Part shown: positions 10,276 to 20,685 of the stretch, piece by piece | Layout: each line of letters starts with the position of its first letter | Position numbering within the stretch: position 1 is the stretch's first letter | NCBI GenBank assembly: GCA_964567535.1 | Contig: CAZMNC010000150.1 | Coordinates: 1-62,441 of the forward strand | Direction: 5' to 3' | Length of the DNA stretch: 62,441 bases | DNA from: an uncultured Desulfobacterales bacterium | GTDB lineage: Bacteria; Desulfobacterota; DSM-4660; Desulfatiglandales; JALVZP01 | The notes under the pieces: model-generated | What the model was told of the DNA's origin: nothing | The model's database searches: none | Seen by the model: the letters and a program-made list of their open reading frames with translations, nothing else | Made by a program: the position numbers and the translations under genes

Positions 10276-10779
10276 ATGGATATGATTAATTCGCAAAAGG
10301 GGGTAGCATTAATTACAACATTGATATTATGCCTCATATGCCTTTCGTTAATAGCAGGAATAATTATAATGATAAATACTGGGACTAATATCTCTGGAAT
10401 AAAAGGCAGATATACTTTTTCATTAGAAGCAGCAAAAGGTGGAATAGAAGACTTTATTCAAGATATTCCCTTTGATCATAAAGGCATAGCAAATGATACA
10501 GATTATAAATGCAAAATTCAACAGGACACAACAAACTGGAGTGTTACTTGTGCTAATCATTGTTCAGGAATAAACTGCACCAGTCATTCTACACCTAAAG
10601 ATATTATAGATTTTTATGACTGGTATAATATATATGGGAACTATACAGTATATTGCAAAATTGTAGATGCTAAAGGAACCGCAGATGGAGATTGGTATTA
10701 TACAATTGAAGCAGTTGCCAAAAGCAATAACACACCTGAAACAGCATGGTACACTATAATATACAGAAGAGAAGATTAA
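10276..10779 (+). CDS. PilX-like pilus assembly protein (pseudopilin lacking Glu+5)
   Basis: Leader ..SQKG|VALITTLILCL with no Glu at +5. Cys-rich globular part. Last gene of the minor-pilin set. Confidence 0.5.
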   Translation: MDMINSQKGVALITTLILCLICLSLIAGIIIMINTGTNISGIKGRYTFSLEAAKGGIEDFIQDIPFDHKGIANDTDYKCKIQQDTTNWSVTCANHCSGINCTSHSTPKDIIDFYDWYNIYGNYTVYCKIVDAKGTADGDWYYTIEAVAKSNNTPETAWYTIIYRRED

Positions 10780-10782
10780 TAA

Positions 10783-11562
10783 CTAATGAGCTTCTAGGCT
10801 TTCTTTAAGTAATCTATCCACAACCTTTTTAAAAAATCCTATAGATCTGGCTCCCTTTATTAATACCCCATTTATTACAAAGGTAGGAGTTGCATTAATA
10901 CCAAATTTTTTTGCTAATTCTATATCTGATTTTATTTGTTTATCAATAACATCAGACTTCATATCAGACTTAAATCTCTTTATATCCAAGCCTAAACTTC
11001 GAGCAAGATTTATATATAACTTTTTATTAAGCTTTGGAGAATTATCAAATAACATATCATAATATGGCCAAAACATCCCTTGCTTATTAGCTGCCATAGC
11101 AGCCTTTGCAGCACTTAAAGAATGCTTATGGATAGTTGGTAGAGGAAGATTCTTAAATACAAGCCTTATTTTATTAGGATATAAGTGCAACAATTCATCT
11201 ATTGTTTGACTTGCCCTTTTACAAAATGGACACTGAAAGTCTGTAAATTCTATTATAGTAATAGGAGCATTATTAGGCCCGATTGAAGGATTATATGAAT
11301 TTATAGGAATACCAGAAATCCTGTGTTTAAAAGCTACTACCAATTCATTTTTTTCTTGCTGTTCTCTTACATAGGTAGAGATTACTTCATATAGTAACTT
11401 TGGATTTTTTTTGATTACATCTATAACAATCTCCTTGACCCTTTCTTCTGTGAGAGTATTAGCATAATGATCTTGAGTCTCATATCCATAAACCCTGACT
11501 AAAAATAAAGAAATAAAGCAAGCAATAAATAAAATAAAAATTTTATAATTTTTAAAATTCAT
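10783..11562 (-). CDS. DsbA-family thiol:disulfide oxidoreductase
   Basis: N-terminal anchor. Thioredoxin-fold active site FTDFQCPFCKR. C-terminal GINATPTFVINGVLIKGA block typical of DsbA/DsbG-like proteins. Confidence 0.8.
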   Translation of the reverse strand: MNFKNYKIFILFIACFISLFLVRVYGYETQDHYANTLTEERVKEIVIDVIKKNPKLLYEVISTYVREQQEKNELVVAFKHRISGIPINSYNPSIGPNNAPITIIEFTDFQCPFCKRASQTIDELLHLYPNKIRLVFKNLPLPTIHKHSLSAAKAAMAANKQGMFWPYYDMLFDNSPKLNKKLYINLARSLGLDIKRFKSDMKSDVIDKQIKSDIELAKKFGINATPTFVINGVLIKGARSIGFFKKVVDRLLKESLEAH

Positions 11563-11755
11563 AAAAAATTCTCCTAATTTTTTATATTTTTTTGCAAATC
11601 TACATATAATATTTCATTAAAATAAATAGAATTACAAAAAATTTTTTAGATAACTTTTCTACTTTTTTTATTTTTATAAACTTTATAACACAAGTTTGCA
11701 AGGGATCTCTTTTATATTGCTATTTTTCGCAACATACTATATTTTGCTATTTTGT

Positions 11756-12541
11756 ATGGATATTATTTATGCAATAATACTGGGAATAACCCAAGGATTA
11801 ACAGAATTTCTTCCTGTGAGTAGCTCTGGACACCTTGTAATACTACAACATCTATTTGGGTTTAAAGAATCAAATGTATTATTTGATTGTTCCTTACATA
11901 TAGGCACTTTATTGGCTGTATTTATATATTTTTTTGATGATATAAAAAAACTTTTTTACTCACTTTTATCGTTTAATTTAAAAGACCCCGATTTCCAGCT
12001 TGCTATTTACATAATCGTAGGATCTATTCCAACAGCAATAATAGGTTTTGAGTTCCAGGACTTTTTTGAAAGAACATTTAACTCTCCTTTTACGGCTGGT
12101 ATAATGTTATGTGTTACAGGCATATTTTTGTGGATAACAAAATATTATTCATCAAGTAATAAAAAAAATGTAGGAATATTAAATTCTCTCTTAATAGGTA
12201 CAGCTCAAGGTATTGCTATAATTCCAGGAATTTCCAGGTCAGGTGCAACTATAAGTTGTGGATTGATATGTAAACTAGAAAGGGAAACATCATTTCGTTT
12301 TTCATTTCTACTATCTATACCTGCTATAATAGGAGCATTTTTACTCGAGGTCACAAAAGTAAATTCAATAGGAAATTTATGTCCTTTAATATCAGGAACT
12401 ATATCTTCTGTTATCGTAGGGCTTTTGGCATTAAAAATACTTTCAAAAATTGTAAAAAAAGGACAGTTGCATTATTTCTCTCCCTACTGTATTGGAATAG
12501 GTATAATCACTATAATAGTTTGCTATTTAATACATATATAA
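11756..12541 (+). CDS. uppP: Undecaprenyl-diphosphate phosphatase
   Basis: [27 protein letters not shown] and GISRSGATI blocks are BacA/UppP signatures. The start is moved from the TTG at 11696 to the ATG at 11756, which matches the conserved N-terminus. Confidence 0.9.
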   Translation: MDIIYAIILGITQGLTEFLPVSSSGHLVILQHLFGFKESNVLFDCSLHIGTLLAVFIYFFDDIKKLFYSLLSFNLKDPDFQLAIYIIVGSIPTAIIGFEFQDFFERTFNSPFTAGIMLCVTGIFLWITKYYSSSNKKNVGILNSLLIGTAQGIAIIPGISRSGATISCGLICKLERETSFRFSFLLSIPAIIGAFLLEVTKVNSIGNLCPLISGTISSVIVGLLALKILSKIVKKGQLHYFSPYCIGIGIITIIVCYLIHI

Positions 12542-12629
12542 GCTTATAATAAGCTATAACCCACAGTTGTTAAAATTATATATTTTGTTATTTTATAAGA
12601 TAAATTCCTACAAAGGAGGACCTTATAAA

Positions 12630-13160
12630 ATGAACAATATAAAACAAAGAATAGAAATAATAGAGGGAGATATTACAAAACAGCAAGTAGATGCCATTGT
12701 AAATGCCGCAAATACCTCCTTATTAGGAGGTGGTGGTGTAGATGGAGCGATACACAGAGCAGCAGGACCTGAACTGCTTGAAGAATGTAAAAAAATAGGT
12801 GGCTGCCCTACAGGAGAATCAAGGGTAACAAAAGGCTACAGACTGCCTTCAAAATGGGTCATCCATACAGTTGGACCTATATGGAAAGGAGGGACAGCAA
12901 ATGAAGATCAACTATTGGCAAATTGTTATAAAAATTCTTTAAAGACAGCAAAAGAGATAGGGGCAAAAACAGTTGCATTTCCATCTATTAGTACTGGTGC
13001 ATATAGATTTCCAATGGACAGAGCAGCAGAAATAGCATTGAAAGAAACAGCACAATTTCTTAAAAATGATAGTTTTATAAAAAAAGTGATATTCGTATGT
13101 TTTGGCCAAGAAGCATTTAATATATATAAAGATACATTTAAACGTTTATTTGAAAATTAA
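12630..13160 (+). CDS. Macro-domain protein (O-acetyl-ADP-ribose deacetylase-like)
   Basis: [43 protein letters not shown] and [12 protein letters not shown] are macro-domain blocks. ATG at 12630 is preceded by AAAGGAGGA. The longer ORF-track start at 12567 adds non-conserved residues. Confidence 0.9.
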   Translation: MNNIKQRIEIIEGDITKQQVDAIVNAANTSLLGGGGVDGAIHRAAGPELLEECKKIGGCPTGESRVTKGYRLPSKWVIHTVGPIWKGGTANEDQLLANCYKNSLKTAKEIGAKTVAFPSISTGAYRFPMDRAAEIALKETAQFLKNDSFIKKVIFVCFGQEAFNIYKDTFKRLFEN

Positions 13161-13163
13161 TAA

Positions 13164-13784
13164 TTAGTAGCCAAGTTCTTTATCAACTATAATAACTGAT
13201 ATAGGGGTAAAAAGAGGTCTTTTGTGTAATATAACTGTTATCCTACATATCCTGGCAGGAGAATTGCAATTATTGCATTTACCAGTTTTAACACAAGGGG
13301 TATCTATTCCCAAACTCTTTGCCCTTAAAGGAGCTGCTATTTCTTTTGCCCTTTTTAAAGCAGAGGTTAAATCAGGTGTAATCTTATTTTTACCTATCAC
13401 TATGATAACTTCTTTTGGGCCAAATATAGTTGCAGAGACCCTATTGCCTATTCCATCTATATTAATTATTTCTCCGGATGCAGATATAGCATTTGCACTA
13501 CATAAAAAACAATCACATCGTCCCTGAGCTAATCTAATTTCCAAATCTTGATCCTTTGTTAAGCCATGAAACCAATGGTCATAGACTATCTTTCCATTTT
13601 TTTTTAACTCTTCCACAATATTTAATAATCGTATAGTATTAGAACCTCCAATTCCAAAAGTCTTATATTTTAAAGCCATATCTAAAATTAAGTTTTTTGC
13701 ATCTTTAACATCCTGCACAAACTGTACACAAAAACCATTCCTTCTCAAATTTGCTATACATTCTTTAACTAAGTCGTACACCAT
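13164..13784 (-). CDS. LUD-domain (LutC/YkgG-like, DUF162) protein
   Basis: 206 aa. FGIGGSNT, SANAISASGEIINIDGIGNRV and IIVIGKNKI blocks are typical of the lactate-utilisation LUD domain. C-terminal Cys cluster CVKTGKCNNCNSPARIC. Confidence 0.7.
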   Translation of the reverse strand: MVYDLVKECIANLRRNGFCVQFVQDVKDAKNLILDMALKYKTFGIGGSNTIRLLNIVEELKKNGKIVYDHWFHGLTKDQDLEIRLAQGRCDCFLCSANAISASGEIINIDGIGNRVSATIFGPKEVIIVIGKNKITPDLTSALKRAKEIAAPLRAKSLGIDTPCVKTGKCNNCNSPARICRITVILHKRPLFTPISVIIVDKELGY

Positions 13785-13786
13785 AA

Positions 13787-15712
13787 TTATATTCTCCTTA
13801 GTCTCCTTATATCCCCTACCCTCACAGTAATCTGTGTTTTATCCAAATATTCTAAAAGAGGAATGCTATATTTTCTGGATGTATTGGTTAGTTCCTTAAA
13901 CTGACCAACACTCATCTCACCATGTTTTTTTAAAAAACTGATTACCTTCCTTATCAATTCATCTACTGAATCTCTATGCATATAAAGGTCTTCCTTTATC
14001 TTTATCAATCTTTGTTCCCAAATTAAATATTCTAATATCTCATTTGCAATTTCAGAATATTTGTCTTTTATTTCTTTAAAATATGGAGGTTGAAAACCTG
14101 CTTTTTTGTATATATCTTCAATCTGCTTTTTTACAACCTTTTGTTTATCTGTCAAGTTAGGCCTATAATTAGCAAGTCTAATGCTATCCATATCTAAAAA
14201 AAGATGCCCTTTTTTTACAAGATAATCTATTAAAAAGTTAAATAGTTTTATGTCCTTCATTAATCTCATTTTAGATTTAAGTTCACCTTTTGGCATACCT
14301 GACCTAAAAGGGTATTCTTTATGATAAGCAGATACAAGATTAATAAGTATCTCGGTAAGCTCCTTAAAAAAATGATAGTGTATAATGAGTCCTTGCTCTT
14401 CATCATATTTATATACAAGATTATTATCTATTAAGTCATCTATGATAGCCATCAAATGTGGTCTTTTAATATTACTTAAAGAAACAAGTTTATTTATATC
14501 TATTCCATCAAATCCTTCCATAAAGATAAAAGCTTCAACTATATCCTTTGTTTGGCCCTGATGAATTAAATGAAGCCGTTTAATTATTTCCTCAGATAAG
14601 CCCTTTTTCTTTTTTTTGGGCATAGGATGCAATATAATACCTCCTCCTATTGTCCTTACTGGAGAATAACTCCTTATCACATATCTATCACCTCTTAATA
14701 CAGAAATAGGATGTTCAAGTCTTATCTGGGCATAACAGGAATCTCCAGGTTGTAGCTGTTCTTTATTAAAAAAGATAATATTTGCCATAACTTCAGAAGT
14801 TCCACTATGTAATCTTACCTTTTCTCTATTTTTTAAAATTCTCGGAGCACTGTAAAGAAGCTCAATAAACACGTCTAACATATAAGATGAATTTAATGAA
14901 CCCTTTGATGCAACCACATATCCTCTTTCTATATGAGATTTATCTATTCCATGAAGGCTTAAAGCAGTTCTTGTACTGGGACCAACTTGCGTAACACTTT
15001 GATTATGCACTTGTATTGATCTGACTTTACATTCTATATTTATAGGGTATATAGTTACTTCCTCTCCCACCTTTATCTCTCCAGATATAGTGGTACCTGT
15101 AACAACTGTCCCGAAGCCTTTTATAGTAAAAACTCTATCTATTGGTAATCTAAATATATGTCCTGTCTCCTTTTTAGGAAGTCTTTGGATTAATTTAGTT
15201 AACACTTCAATAAATTTATTTAGACCTTCGCCTGTAATTGAAGATACTTCAACAATAGGAGCATTTGCTAAAAAAGTATTTTTTATATATTCTTGAATAT
15301 CATCTCTAACCAATTCTAACCACTCATTGTCTACCATATCTATTTTTGTAATAACCACAATACCATATTGTATACCAAGTAATTGGCATATTTCTATATG
15401 CTCTTTTGTTTGAGGCATTACACCTTCGTCAGCAGCTACAATAAGGGCAACAAGATCTATTCCAGATGCTCCAGCAACCATGTTTTTTACAAATCTTTCA
15501 TGTCCAGGGACATCTACAATTCCCACTAAAGTACCATCTGGAAGGCTCATGTGAGCAAAACCCAATTCTATAGTAATTCCTCTCTCTTTTTCTTCTTTAA
15601 GCCTATCCGTATCTATACCAGTAAGAGCCTTAATAAAAGATGTTTTTCCATGATCAATATGTCCAGCTGTTCCAAGAATTATTTTTTTCATAGCCATTTT
15701 GAAATTATCCAA
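13787..15712 (-). CDS. selB: Selenocysteine-specific translation elongation factor
   Basis: GTPase G1-G4 motifs ([23 protein letters not shown]). About 640 aa with a long C-terminal winged-helix extension (..[23 protein letters not shown]) typical of bacterial SelB. Confidence 0.9.
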   Translation of the reverse strand: MDNFKMAMKKIILGTAGHIDHGKTSFIKALTGIDTDRLKEEKERGITIELGFAHMSLPDGTLVGIVDVPGHERFVKNMVAGASGIDLVALIVAADEGVMPQTKEHIEICQLLGIQYGIVVITKIDMVDNEWLELVRDDIQEYIKNTFLANAPIVEVSSITGEGLNKFIEVLTKLIQRLPKKETGHIFRLPIDRVFTIKGFGTVVTGTTISGEIKVGEEVTIYPINIECKVRSIQVHNQSVTQVGPSTRTALSLHGIDKSHIERGYVVASKGSLNSSYMLDVFIELLYSAPRILKNREKVRLHSGTSEVMANIIFFNKEQLQPGDSCYAQIRLEHPISVLRGDRYVIRSYSPVRTIGGGIILHPMPKKKKKGLSEEIIKRLHLIHQGQTKDIVEAFIFMEGFDGIDINKLVSLSNIKRPHLMAIIDDLIDNNLVYKYDEEQGLIIHYHFFKELTEILINLVSAYHKEYPFRSGMPKGELKSKMRLMKDIKLFNFLIDYLVKKGHLFLDMDSIRLANYRPNLTDKQKVVKKQIEDIYKKAGFQPPYFKEIKDKYSEIANEILEYLIWEQRLIKIKEDLYMHRDSVDELIRKVISFLKKHGEMSVGQFKELTNTSRKYSIPLLEYLDKTQITVRVGDIRRLRRI

Positions 15713-15766
15713 ATATCATATCTGTTATACTTGTTATACTAATATGCTCGTACACCTTTTATAGGA

Positions 15767-16960
15767 TCACACAATAAATACATCACATGGGGTTCTACTA
15801 ATCATTTTATAGCCTTTCTCTGTTACCAAAAAAACACTTTCTATACCAGCAGCGAATTCATCTTTAAATATTATTTTTGGTTCAAGAGCAAATACCATTC
15901 CTGGCTTCATTTCTATATCTTTATTCATAGCAATAATAGGATGTTCCACAAGTTCAAGTCCTATTCCATGACCTACAAACGATACTTTATATCCAGGAGG
16001 TCCTAAAAATTCATTTATATATCCTACATCATGTGCTATCTTTAAAGAGATATGAAATAGTTCATCCATTGAAATTCCAGGAACAACTTTATTTAATATA
16101 TGATATTGTATATCAATAGCTGCCTTACATGCATCAAGTGCCTTTTTTGGCATAGAGCCAATTGCAAACATTCTCGTTTCATCACAATGAAATCCATTTA
16201 ACATAGTGCCAAAATCTATCATTATTGGCTCATCTTTCTCTATTATTCTATGACTTGCACCACAAGGAAAAGCTGGAGAAGTGCCTTCTCCACTTGTAGG
16301 GGCATCTAATAAACCTATCTTACCACCATTTTTACCACTTAATATATGCCACGGATATCCCTCAGACCTATAGTCCCTTATTCTGAGTTGACCACCATGA
16401 CCATGCTTTCTTGCAAAAGTCTCAATTATCCCAGCAAATTCCATTTCTGTATATCCAGCTTTAAGATTTTCTTGTATATATTTGAATACCATGCAAGAAA
16501 GATTTGCTGCTTTCTGCATTTGTTCTATTTCCCAAGGAGATTTTATCATTCTTATATTGTGTATCAAAACAGAAGCATCTACACACCTTTGCTCATAAAA
16601 TACTTGCTGATCATAAAATAGAAATTCTTTTACAGGTATAACGTCAAATTCCATACCAATAGTATTGGGCATATTACCATAATATCCATATATATACTTT
16701 GGAATGTTTTTTACAGAAGTAATCTCTATTATATCTTTTATTGGAGACTCTTCTCTTGCCCTCGGAAAATATTTTTTTATCATTAACAAAGGCTTTCCTT
16801 CTGCTGGAACGTACAGATAACCATTCTGAGCAGTTCCTGTAAAATAAAAAAGGTCTACTCTTTGGACTATAAAAATAGAATCTATATCATTTTTTATTAA
16901 CTCCATCTGCAATCTATTTATTCTATTAATTATTTCTTCCTCAGGCACTTTAAACTCCAT
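15767..16960 (-). CDS. M24-family Xaa-Pro aminopeptidase/dipeptidase (creatinase-like N-domain)
   Basis: FGTMLNGFHCDETRMF, VGHGIGLELVEHP and LEPK blocks are metal ligands of M24B peptidases. Start set at MEFKV (ATG 16960, preceded by AAGGAGAAAG). The longer ORF-track start would overlap the RseC-like gene. Confidence 0.85.
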   Translation of the reverse strand: MEFKVPEEEIINRINRLQMELIKNDIDSIFIVQRVDLFYFTGTAQNGYLYVPAEGKPLLMIKKYFPRAREESPIKDIIEITSVKNIPKYIYGYYGNMPNTIGMEFDVIPVKEFLFYDQQVFYEQRCVDASVLIHNIRMIKSPWEIEQMQKAANLSCMVFKYIQENLKAGYTEMEFAGIIETFARKHGHGGQLRIRDYRSEGYPWHILSGKNGGKIGLLDAPTSGEGTSPAFPCGASHRIIEKDEPIMIDFGTMLNGFHCDETRMFAIGSMPKKALDACKAAIDIQYHILNKVVPGISMDELFHISLKIAHDVGYINEFLGPPGYKVSFVGHGIGLELVEHPIIAMNKDIEMKPGMVFALEPKIIFKDEFAAGIESVFLVTEKGYKMISRTPCDVFIV

Positions 16961-17011
16961 CTTCTTTCTTTCTCCTTGTATATTTTTTATCATTGATTTA
17001 TTATAAAAAAG

Positions 17012-17446
17012 ATGCTTACAGAACAAGGAATTGTAAAAGAAATAAACCATAATAAAGCAATTGTAAAGGTAGAAAGAACTTCGGCATGTAAGCATTGTTC
17101 TGCAAGAGGAACCTGTGGTGTAGATCTAGGCTCAGATAAAGAAATCTTGATAGAAGTAGATAATATTCTTAATGCAAAAGAAGGAGATAAAGTAGAACTC
17201 TCAATCCCATCAGGCTCACTTATAAAAATGGCTATTGCAGTATATATTTTGCCTATATTTTCTCTTATATTTGGTGCATATGAAGGAGGAAAATTATCAA
17301 CATATATCGGAATAACTTCAGGTCTTGGCTCAATTATAGGGGCTTTAGTTCTTCTTATAATCAGCTTCTTAATCCTCAGAAAGATAGATAAAAATATCAG
17401 AAGTAAAAATTCCTATAGAATTAAGATGACAAGAATAATATCTTAG
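17012..17446 (+). CDS. RseC/MucC-family (SoxR-reducing-system) membrane protein
   Basis: N-terminal GIVKEINHNKAIVKVERTSACKHCSARGTCG followed by two TM helices, which is the RseC architecture. Convergent with rnfB; the two stops overlap in 4 nt. Confidence 0.7.
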   Translation: MLTEQGIVKEINHNKAIVKVERTSACKHCSARGTCGVDLGSDKEILIEVDNILNAKEGDKVELSIPSGSLIKMAIAVYILPIFSLIFGAYEGGKLSTYIGITSGLGSIIGALVLLIISFLILRKIDKNIRSKNSYRIKMTRIIS

Positions 17447-19470
17447 TTAAGAGTTTCTTTTTTATAACATATCAGGCCACATTGAAGACATCTTTTTGCC
17501 TCTTCTCTTGCCTGTGTCTCTGTATATCCTAACTCTATTTCTAATGAAGGATCTTCAATTGTTTCTTCAATAGATCTCGTTGCCATCTTTTGTCTTGGCA
17601 CAGACTTAACCTCTCTAAGCTCTTTCACATCCAATACATAAGTATCTGATTTTATCATATTACTTGGTGCCTCAACAGGAACACCTCTAAAATAATGATG
17701 CAAAGATGCCGTCATTCTTCTTCCTGCCCCTATTGCATCTACAGCGGCTTTATAATCTGCAACAACCTCTCCAGGTCTAAAAATACCTATCTCATGTTTT
17801 GCATTAGGTCCTGCATATGGACTAATTGTCTCCCACAGCAAGTTGTCTGTGTCCTTACAAATATACATCAATTCTGGAAATCGACCTGCTCCTATCAAAA
17901 TAGTATTTACCTGAAGTAGATTTTTCTCTACTATATTGTTACCATCTGGTGTTAATTGGGCTACCTCTACCTCCTCCAAATCGTCACCTTTACCCATCAT
18001 CTTAATAAGAACAGTATTAAATAATATCTCAATACCATCTGGCATATCTTCTATTTTATTATAAAAATATTCTTCTTTAGAAAACCTCGATATTATATAA
18101 ACTTTGGATGCCCCTTTTTCTTTACATATCTTAGCTGCCTCTATAGAGGAAGTCCCTCCTCCTACTATAAGAACATCTGAGCCTATATACATTTGTTTAT
18201 CATCTTTAAAGTTTAGTATAAAATCTAATAATAATTGAATTCCCGGCATCGGAGTAAAAGGTTCAGGTAAGATTTCAGATAGATGAATCTTCATATCCCA
18301 TCCACCAGTAGCCACAAGAACAGCGGAAAAGCCTTCTTTAAATAATAATCCAATACTAATATCTTTACCAAGAACTTTATTAAATTCCACTTCGACTCCA
18401 GCTTCTAATATGCCTTTTATATCCCATTCAATTACATTCCTGGGAAGTCTATTTTCAGGAAGGCCAAGCCACAAAATACCCCCAAGCCTTGAAGTAGCTT
18501 CATAAACTTTTATATTATATCCTAACCGGTTCAAAAGATAAGCAGAAGTGAGGCCTTCCACACCTCCTCCTACAATTGCAATCTTTTCATCTCTTTCTGG
18601 TGCCCGTGGAACTTGAACATGAGCACCTTTTTGTATCTCCCAATCTGATACAAATCTTTTTAAGGGATTTATAGCCACTGGTTCATCAATAAGATTTCTT
18701 CTACATACTTGCTCACATGGATGTACACAAATTCTCCCACAAACACCAGGAAATGGATTTGACCTTTTAATAACAATAAGCGCTTCTTCATAATTACCTT
18801 CTCTAATAGCTTTTATATAGGAAGGAATATCTATACCTGCAGGACATGCTCGCTGACATGGGGCTGTACATTCATCTGTTGTATATTCATGAGTAATTGA
18901 TAATGAATTAGAACTAAGCTTGATAATGCTTTTTGGGCATATCCTTTCACATGTTCCACATCCCGTACATAGCTCTTTATCCACCACAGGTAATCTATCG
19001 GGACCAATAGAAAGTGCACCAAAGGGACAAGCCTTTACACATGTGCCAAGTCCTAAGCAGCCAATAGGACATTGCTTTTCTCCCCCATCTATAATTATAG
19101 CTCCTCTACAGTCTTGGATACCATCATAAATATATTTTCTATCAGCCTCAAATACACCATATTTACAATTAGGTTTAGCAACTTCGGGCTCTTTAAGCTC
19201 TATCTTTGCACCAACTATCTCTGCAATCTGCTGAATAATTTCAGGACTTGCGGCTACACATGAAGCAGGAGAAGACTTTCCCGCAACAATTGCCTCTGCA
19301 TTTGCACTACAACCAGGAAATCCACAACCACCACAATTTGCACCAGGAAGCAATTCATCCACAGCTTCTACCCGTGGATCTACATATACATAAAACACCT
19401 TTGATGCTATAGCAAGTCCTAATCCTAAAACTGCTCCAAGCCCTCCCATTACCAAGAGCCCTTCAATCAT
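17443..19470 (-). CDS. rnfB: RnfB fused to a GltD/NfnB-like NAD(P)H flavoprotein module
   Basis: N-terminal anchor plus LPGANCGGCGFPGCS cluster and ferredoxin motifs (CPIGCLGLGTCVKACP, CTGCGTCERICP) make up RnfB. The following ~430 aa carry CQRACPAGIDIP, GRICVHPCE and two dinucleotide folds (IAIVGGGVEGL, VLIVGGGTSSI), which is the glutamate synthase small-subunit-like arrangement. Confidence 0.85.
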   Translation of the reverse strand: MIEGLLVMGGLGAVLGLGLAIASKVFYVYVDPRVEAVDELLPGANCGGCGFPGCSANAEAIVAGKSSPASCVAASPEIIQQIAEIVGAKIELKEPEVAKPNCKYGVFEADRKYIYDGIQDCRGAIIIDGGEKQCPIGCLGLGTCVKACPFGALSIGPDRLPVVDKELCTGCGTCERICPKSIIKLSSNSLSITHEYTTDECTAPCQRACPAGIDIPSYIKAIREGNYEEALIVIKRSNPFPGVCGRICVHPCEQVCRRNLIDEPVAINPLKRFVSDWEIQKGAHVQVPRAPERDEKIAIVGGGVEGLTSAYLLNRLGYNIKVYEATSRLGGILWLGLPENRLPRNVIEWDIKGILEAGVEVEFNKVLGKDISIGLLFKEGFSAVLVATGGWDMKIHLSEILPEPFTPMPGIQLLLDFILNFKDDKQMYIGSDVLIVGGGTSSIEAAKICKEKGASKVYIISRFSKEEYFYNKIEDMPDGIEILFNTVLIKMMGKGDDLEEVEVAQLTPDGNNIVEKNLLQVNTILIGAGRFPELMYICKDTDNLLWETISPYAGPNAKHEIGIFRPGEVVADYKAAVDAIGAGRRMTASLHHYFRGVPVEAPSNMIKSDTYVLDVKELREVKSVPRQKMATRSIEETIEDPSLEIELGYTETQAREEAKRCLQCGLICYKKETLN

Positions 19471-19481
19471 ATCTATCCTCC

Positions 19482-20060
19482 TTAATGGATCATTCCTTTA
19501 AATGCAAAAAAAGCAAGGGAAAGCATCCCAGCAGTAACAAGTCCAATTGATGTATCCTGAAGAGGTTTAGGTACTCTTGCCAGTATTATCCTTTCTCTTA
19601 TAGCAGCAAAAAGGACTAAAGCAAGCCCAAAACCTACAGCATAGCTAAATGAAGACACTAAAGTTTGCATAAAATCATATTCCTCTTTCATATTTATCAA
19701 ACATACACCCAAAACTGCACAATTAGTAGTTATAAGAGGAAGATATATTCCCAAGCCTGCATAAAGAGCAGGAATATTCTTTTTTAAAAACATCTCCACC
19801 AATTGAACAAGAGCTGCAATAACTAATATAAAAGATAGAGTTCTGAGATATTCTAAATCATGTGGCTTCAATATATAATGATTTACTATCCATGTAACAG
19901 CTCCTGCCATTACCAAGACAAACACTACAGCCATAGCCATACCAACAGCTGTTTCCATTCTCTTGGAAACCCCAAGAAAAGGACAATTCCCCAAATATTG
20001 CATCAAAAGAATATTGTTTATAAAAATGCAGCTTATGGCTAAGACTATATAATTTTCCAT
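19482..20060 (-). CDS. rnfA: Rnf complex subunit A
   Basis: 192 aa polytopic protein. FINNILLMQYLGNCPFLGVSKRMETAVGMAMAV is the RnfA/NqrE-type signature. Confidence 0.9.
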   Translation of the reverse strand: MENYIVLAISCIFINNILLMQYLGNCPFLGVSKRMETAVGMAMAVVFVLVMAGAVTWIVNHYILKPHDLEYLRTLSFILVIAALVQLVEMFLKKNIPALYAGLGIYLPLITTNCAVLGVCLINMKEEYDFMQTLVSSFSYAVGFGLALVLFAAIRERIILARVPKPLQDTSIGLVTAGMLSLAFFAFKGMIH

Positions 20061-20079
20061 GACTTTAACCCCTTTTTAT

Positions 20080-20673
20080 TTACTTCTTTTTAAGCATATT
20101 CATTATGCACAACATAAGTCCTAAACATACAAATGCACCCGGAGCTTTCACCATAAAAGAAAAAGGTTTAAAACTAGGCCCAAAAACAGGTATATGGTAA
20201 AATGTCCCATATCCTAATATTTCCCTAAATGAAGCAAGAGTTGAAAGAGATAATGTATAACCTATTCCTATTCCAAGACCATCTGCTAAAGAAAGAATCA
20301 CGCTATTTTTTGATGCAAAAGCTTCAGCACGCCCTAATAAAATGCAGTTAACCACAATAAGAGGAATAAATATACCCAGTTTTAGATAAAGAGGATATGT
20401 AAATGCCTGCATAACAAGTTCTACAATAGTAACAAAAGTTGCTATAACAACAATAAAGCAGGCAATTCTAACCTGTTTAGGAATCAAATTTCTTAAAAGA
20501 GATACTATTATATTCGAACAAGTAAGAACAAATATAACCGCCATACCCATCCCAACTGCATTTTCTACTGTTTTTGTAACCGCAAGTGTAGGACAGAGTC
20601 CCAGAACTAAACGAAATGGTGGCACTTCTTCCCAAAGACCTTTTGTAAATTCGTGTATTATACCCTTTGGCAT
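20080..20673 (-). CDS. rnfE: Rnf complex subunit E
   Basis: 197 aa. LVLGLCPTLAVTKTVENAVGMGMAV is the RnfE/NqrD-type signature. Confidence 0.9.
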   Translation of the reverse strand: MPKGIIHEFTKGLWEEVPPFRLVLGLCPTLAVTKTVENAVGMGMAVIFVLTCSNIIVSLLRNLIPKQVRIACFIVVIATFVTIVELVMQAFTYPLYLKLGIFIPLIVVNCILLGRAEAFASKNSVILSLADGLGIGIGYTLSLSTLASFREILGYGTFYHIPVFGPSFKPFSFMVKAPGAFVCLGLMLCIMNMLKKK

Positions 20674-20685
20674 AATCTCACCCCT

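Noticed and set aside
11696-11755. TTG-initiated 20-codon N-terminal extension of uppP in the ORF track (similar extensions at 12567-12629 for the macro-domain gene, 16961-17095 for the M24 peptidase, 21280-21339 for rnfG, 22241-22276 for rnfD, 47984-48001 for asnB, 50588-50611 for GT4 and 61798-61857 for the nucleotidyltransferase)
   Set aside because: The conserved family N-termini begin at internal ATG codons, which have better RBS context or classic stop/start overlaps. The extensions are hydrophobic or low-complexity and would overlap neighbouring genes.
12541-12555. 15-nt perfect palindrome AGCTTATAATAAGCT overlapping the last base of the uppP stop codon, considered as a terminator
   Set aside because: It has only a 1-nt centre, so it cannot form a stable hairpin loop, and no U-tract follows. 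It is an AT-rich palindrome likely to arise by chance. At most it is a protein-binding dyad, for which there is no further evidence.
14600-14620. T8 homopolymer in selB coding sequence (Lys run PKKKKKG) considered as a frameshift-prone pseudogene signal
   Set aside because: The reading frame is intact across the tract, and the full-length SelB domain order is preserved on both sides. A/T homopolymers are frequent in this genome.
15723-15740. Tandem TGTTATACT x2 in the selB / M24 peptidase spacer
   Set aside because: It has only two 9-nt copies in AT-rich DNA and no obvious relation to -35/-10 elements. That is too little for a regulatory or repeat call.
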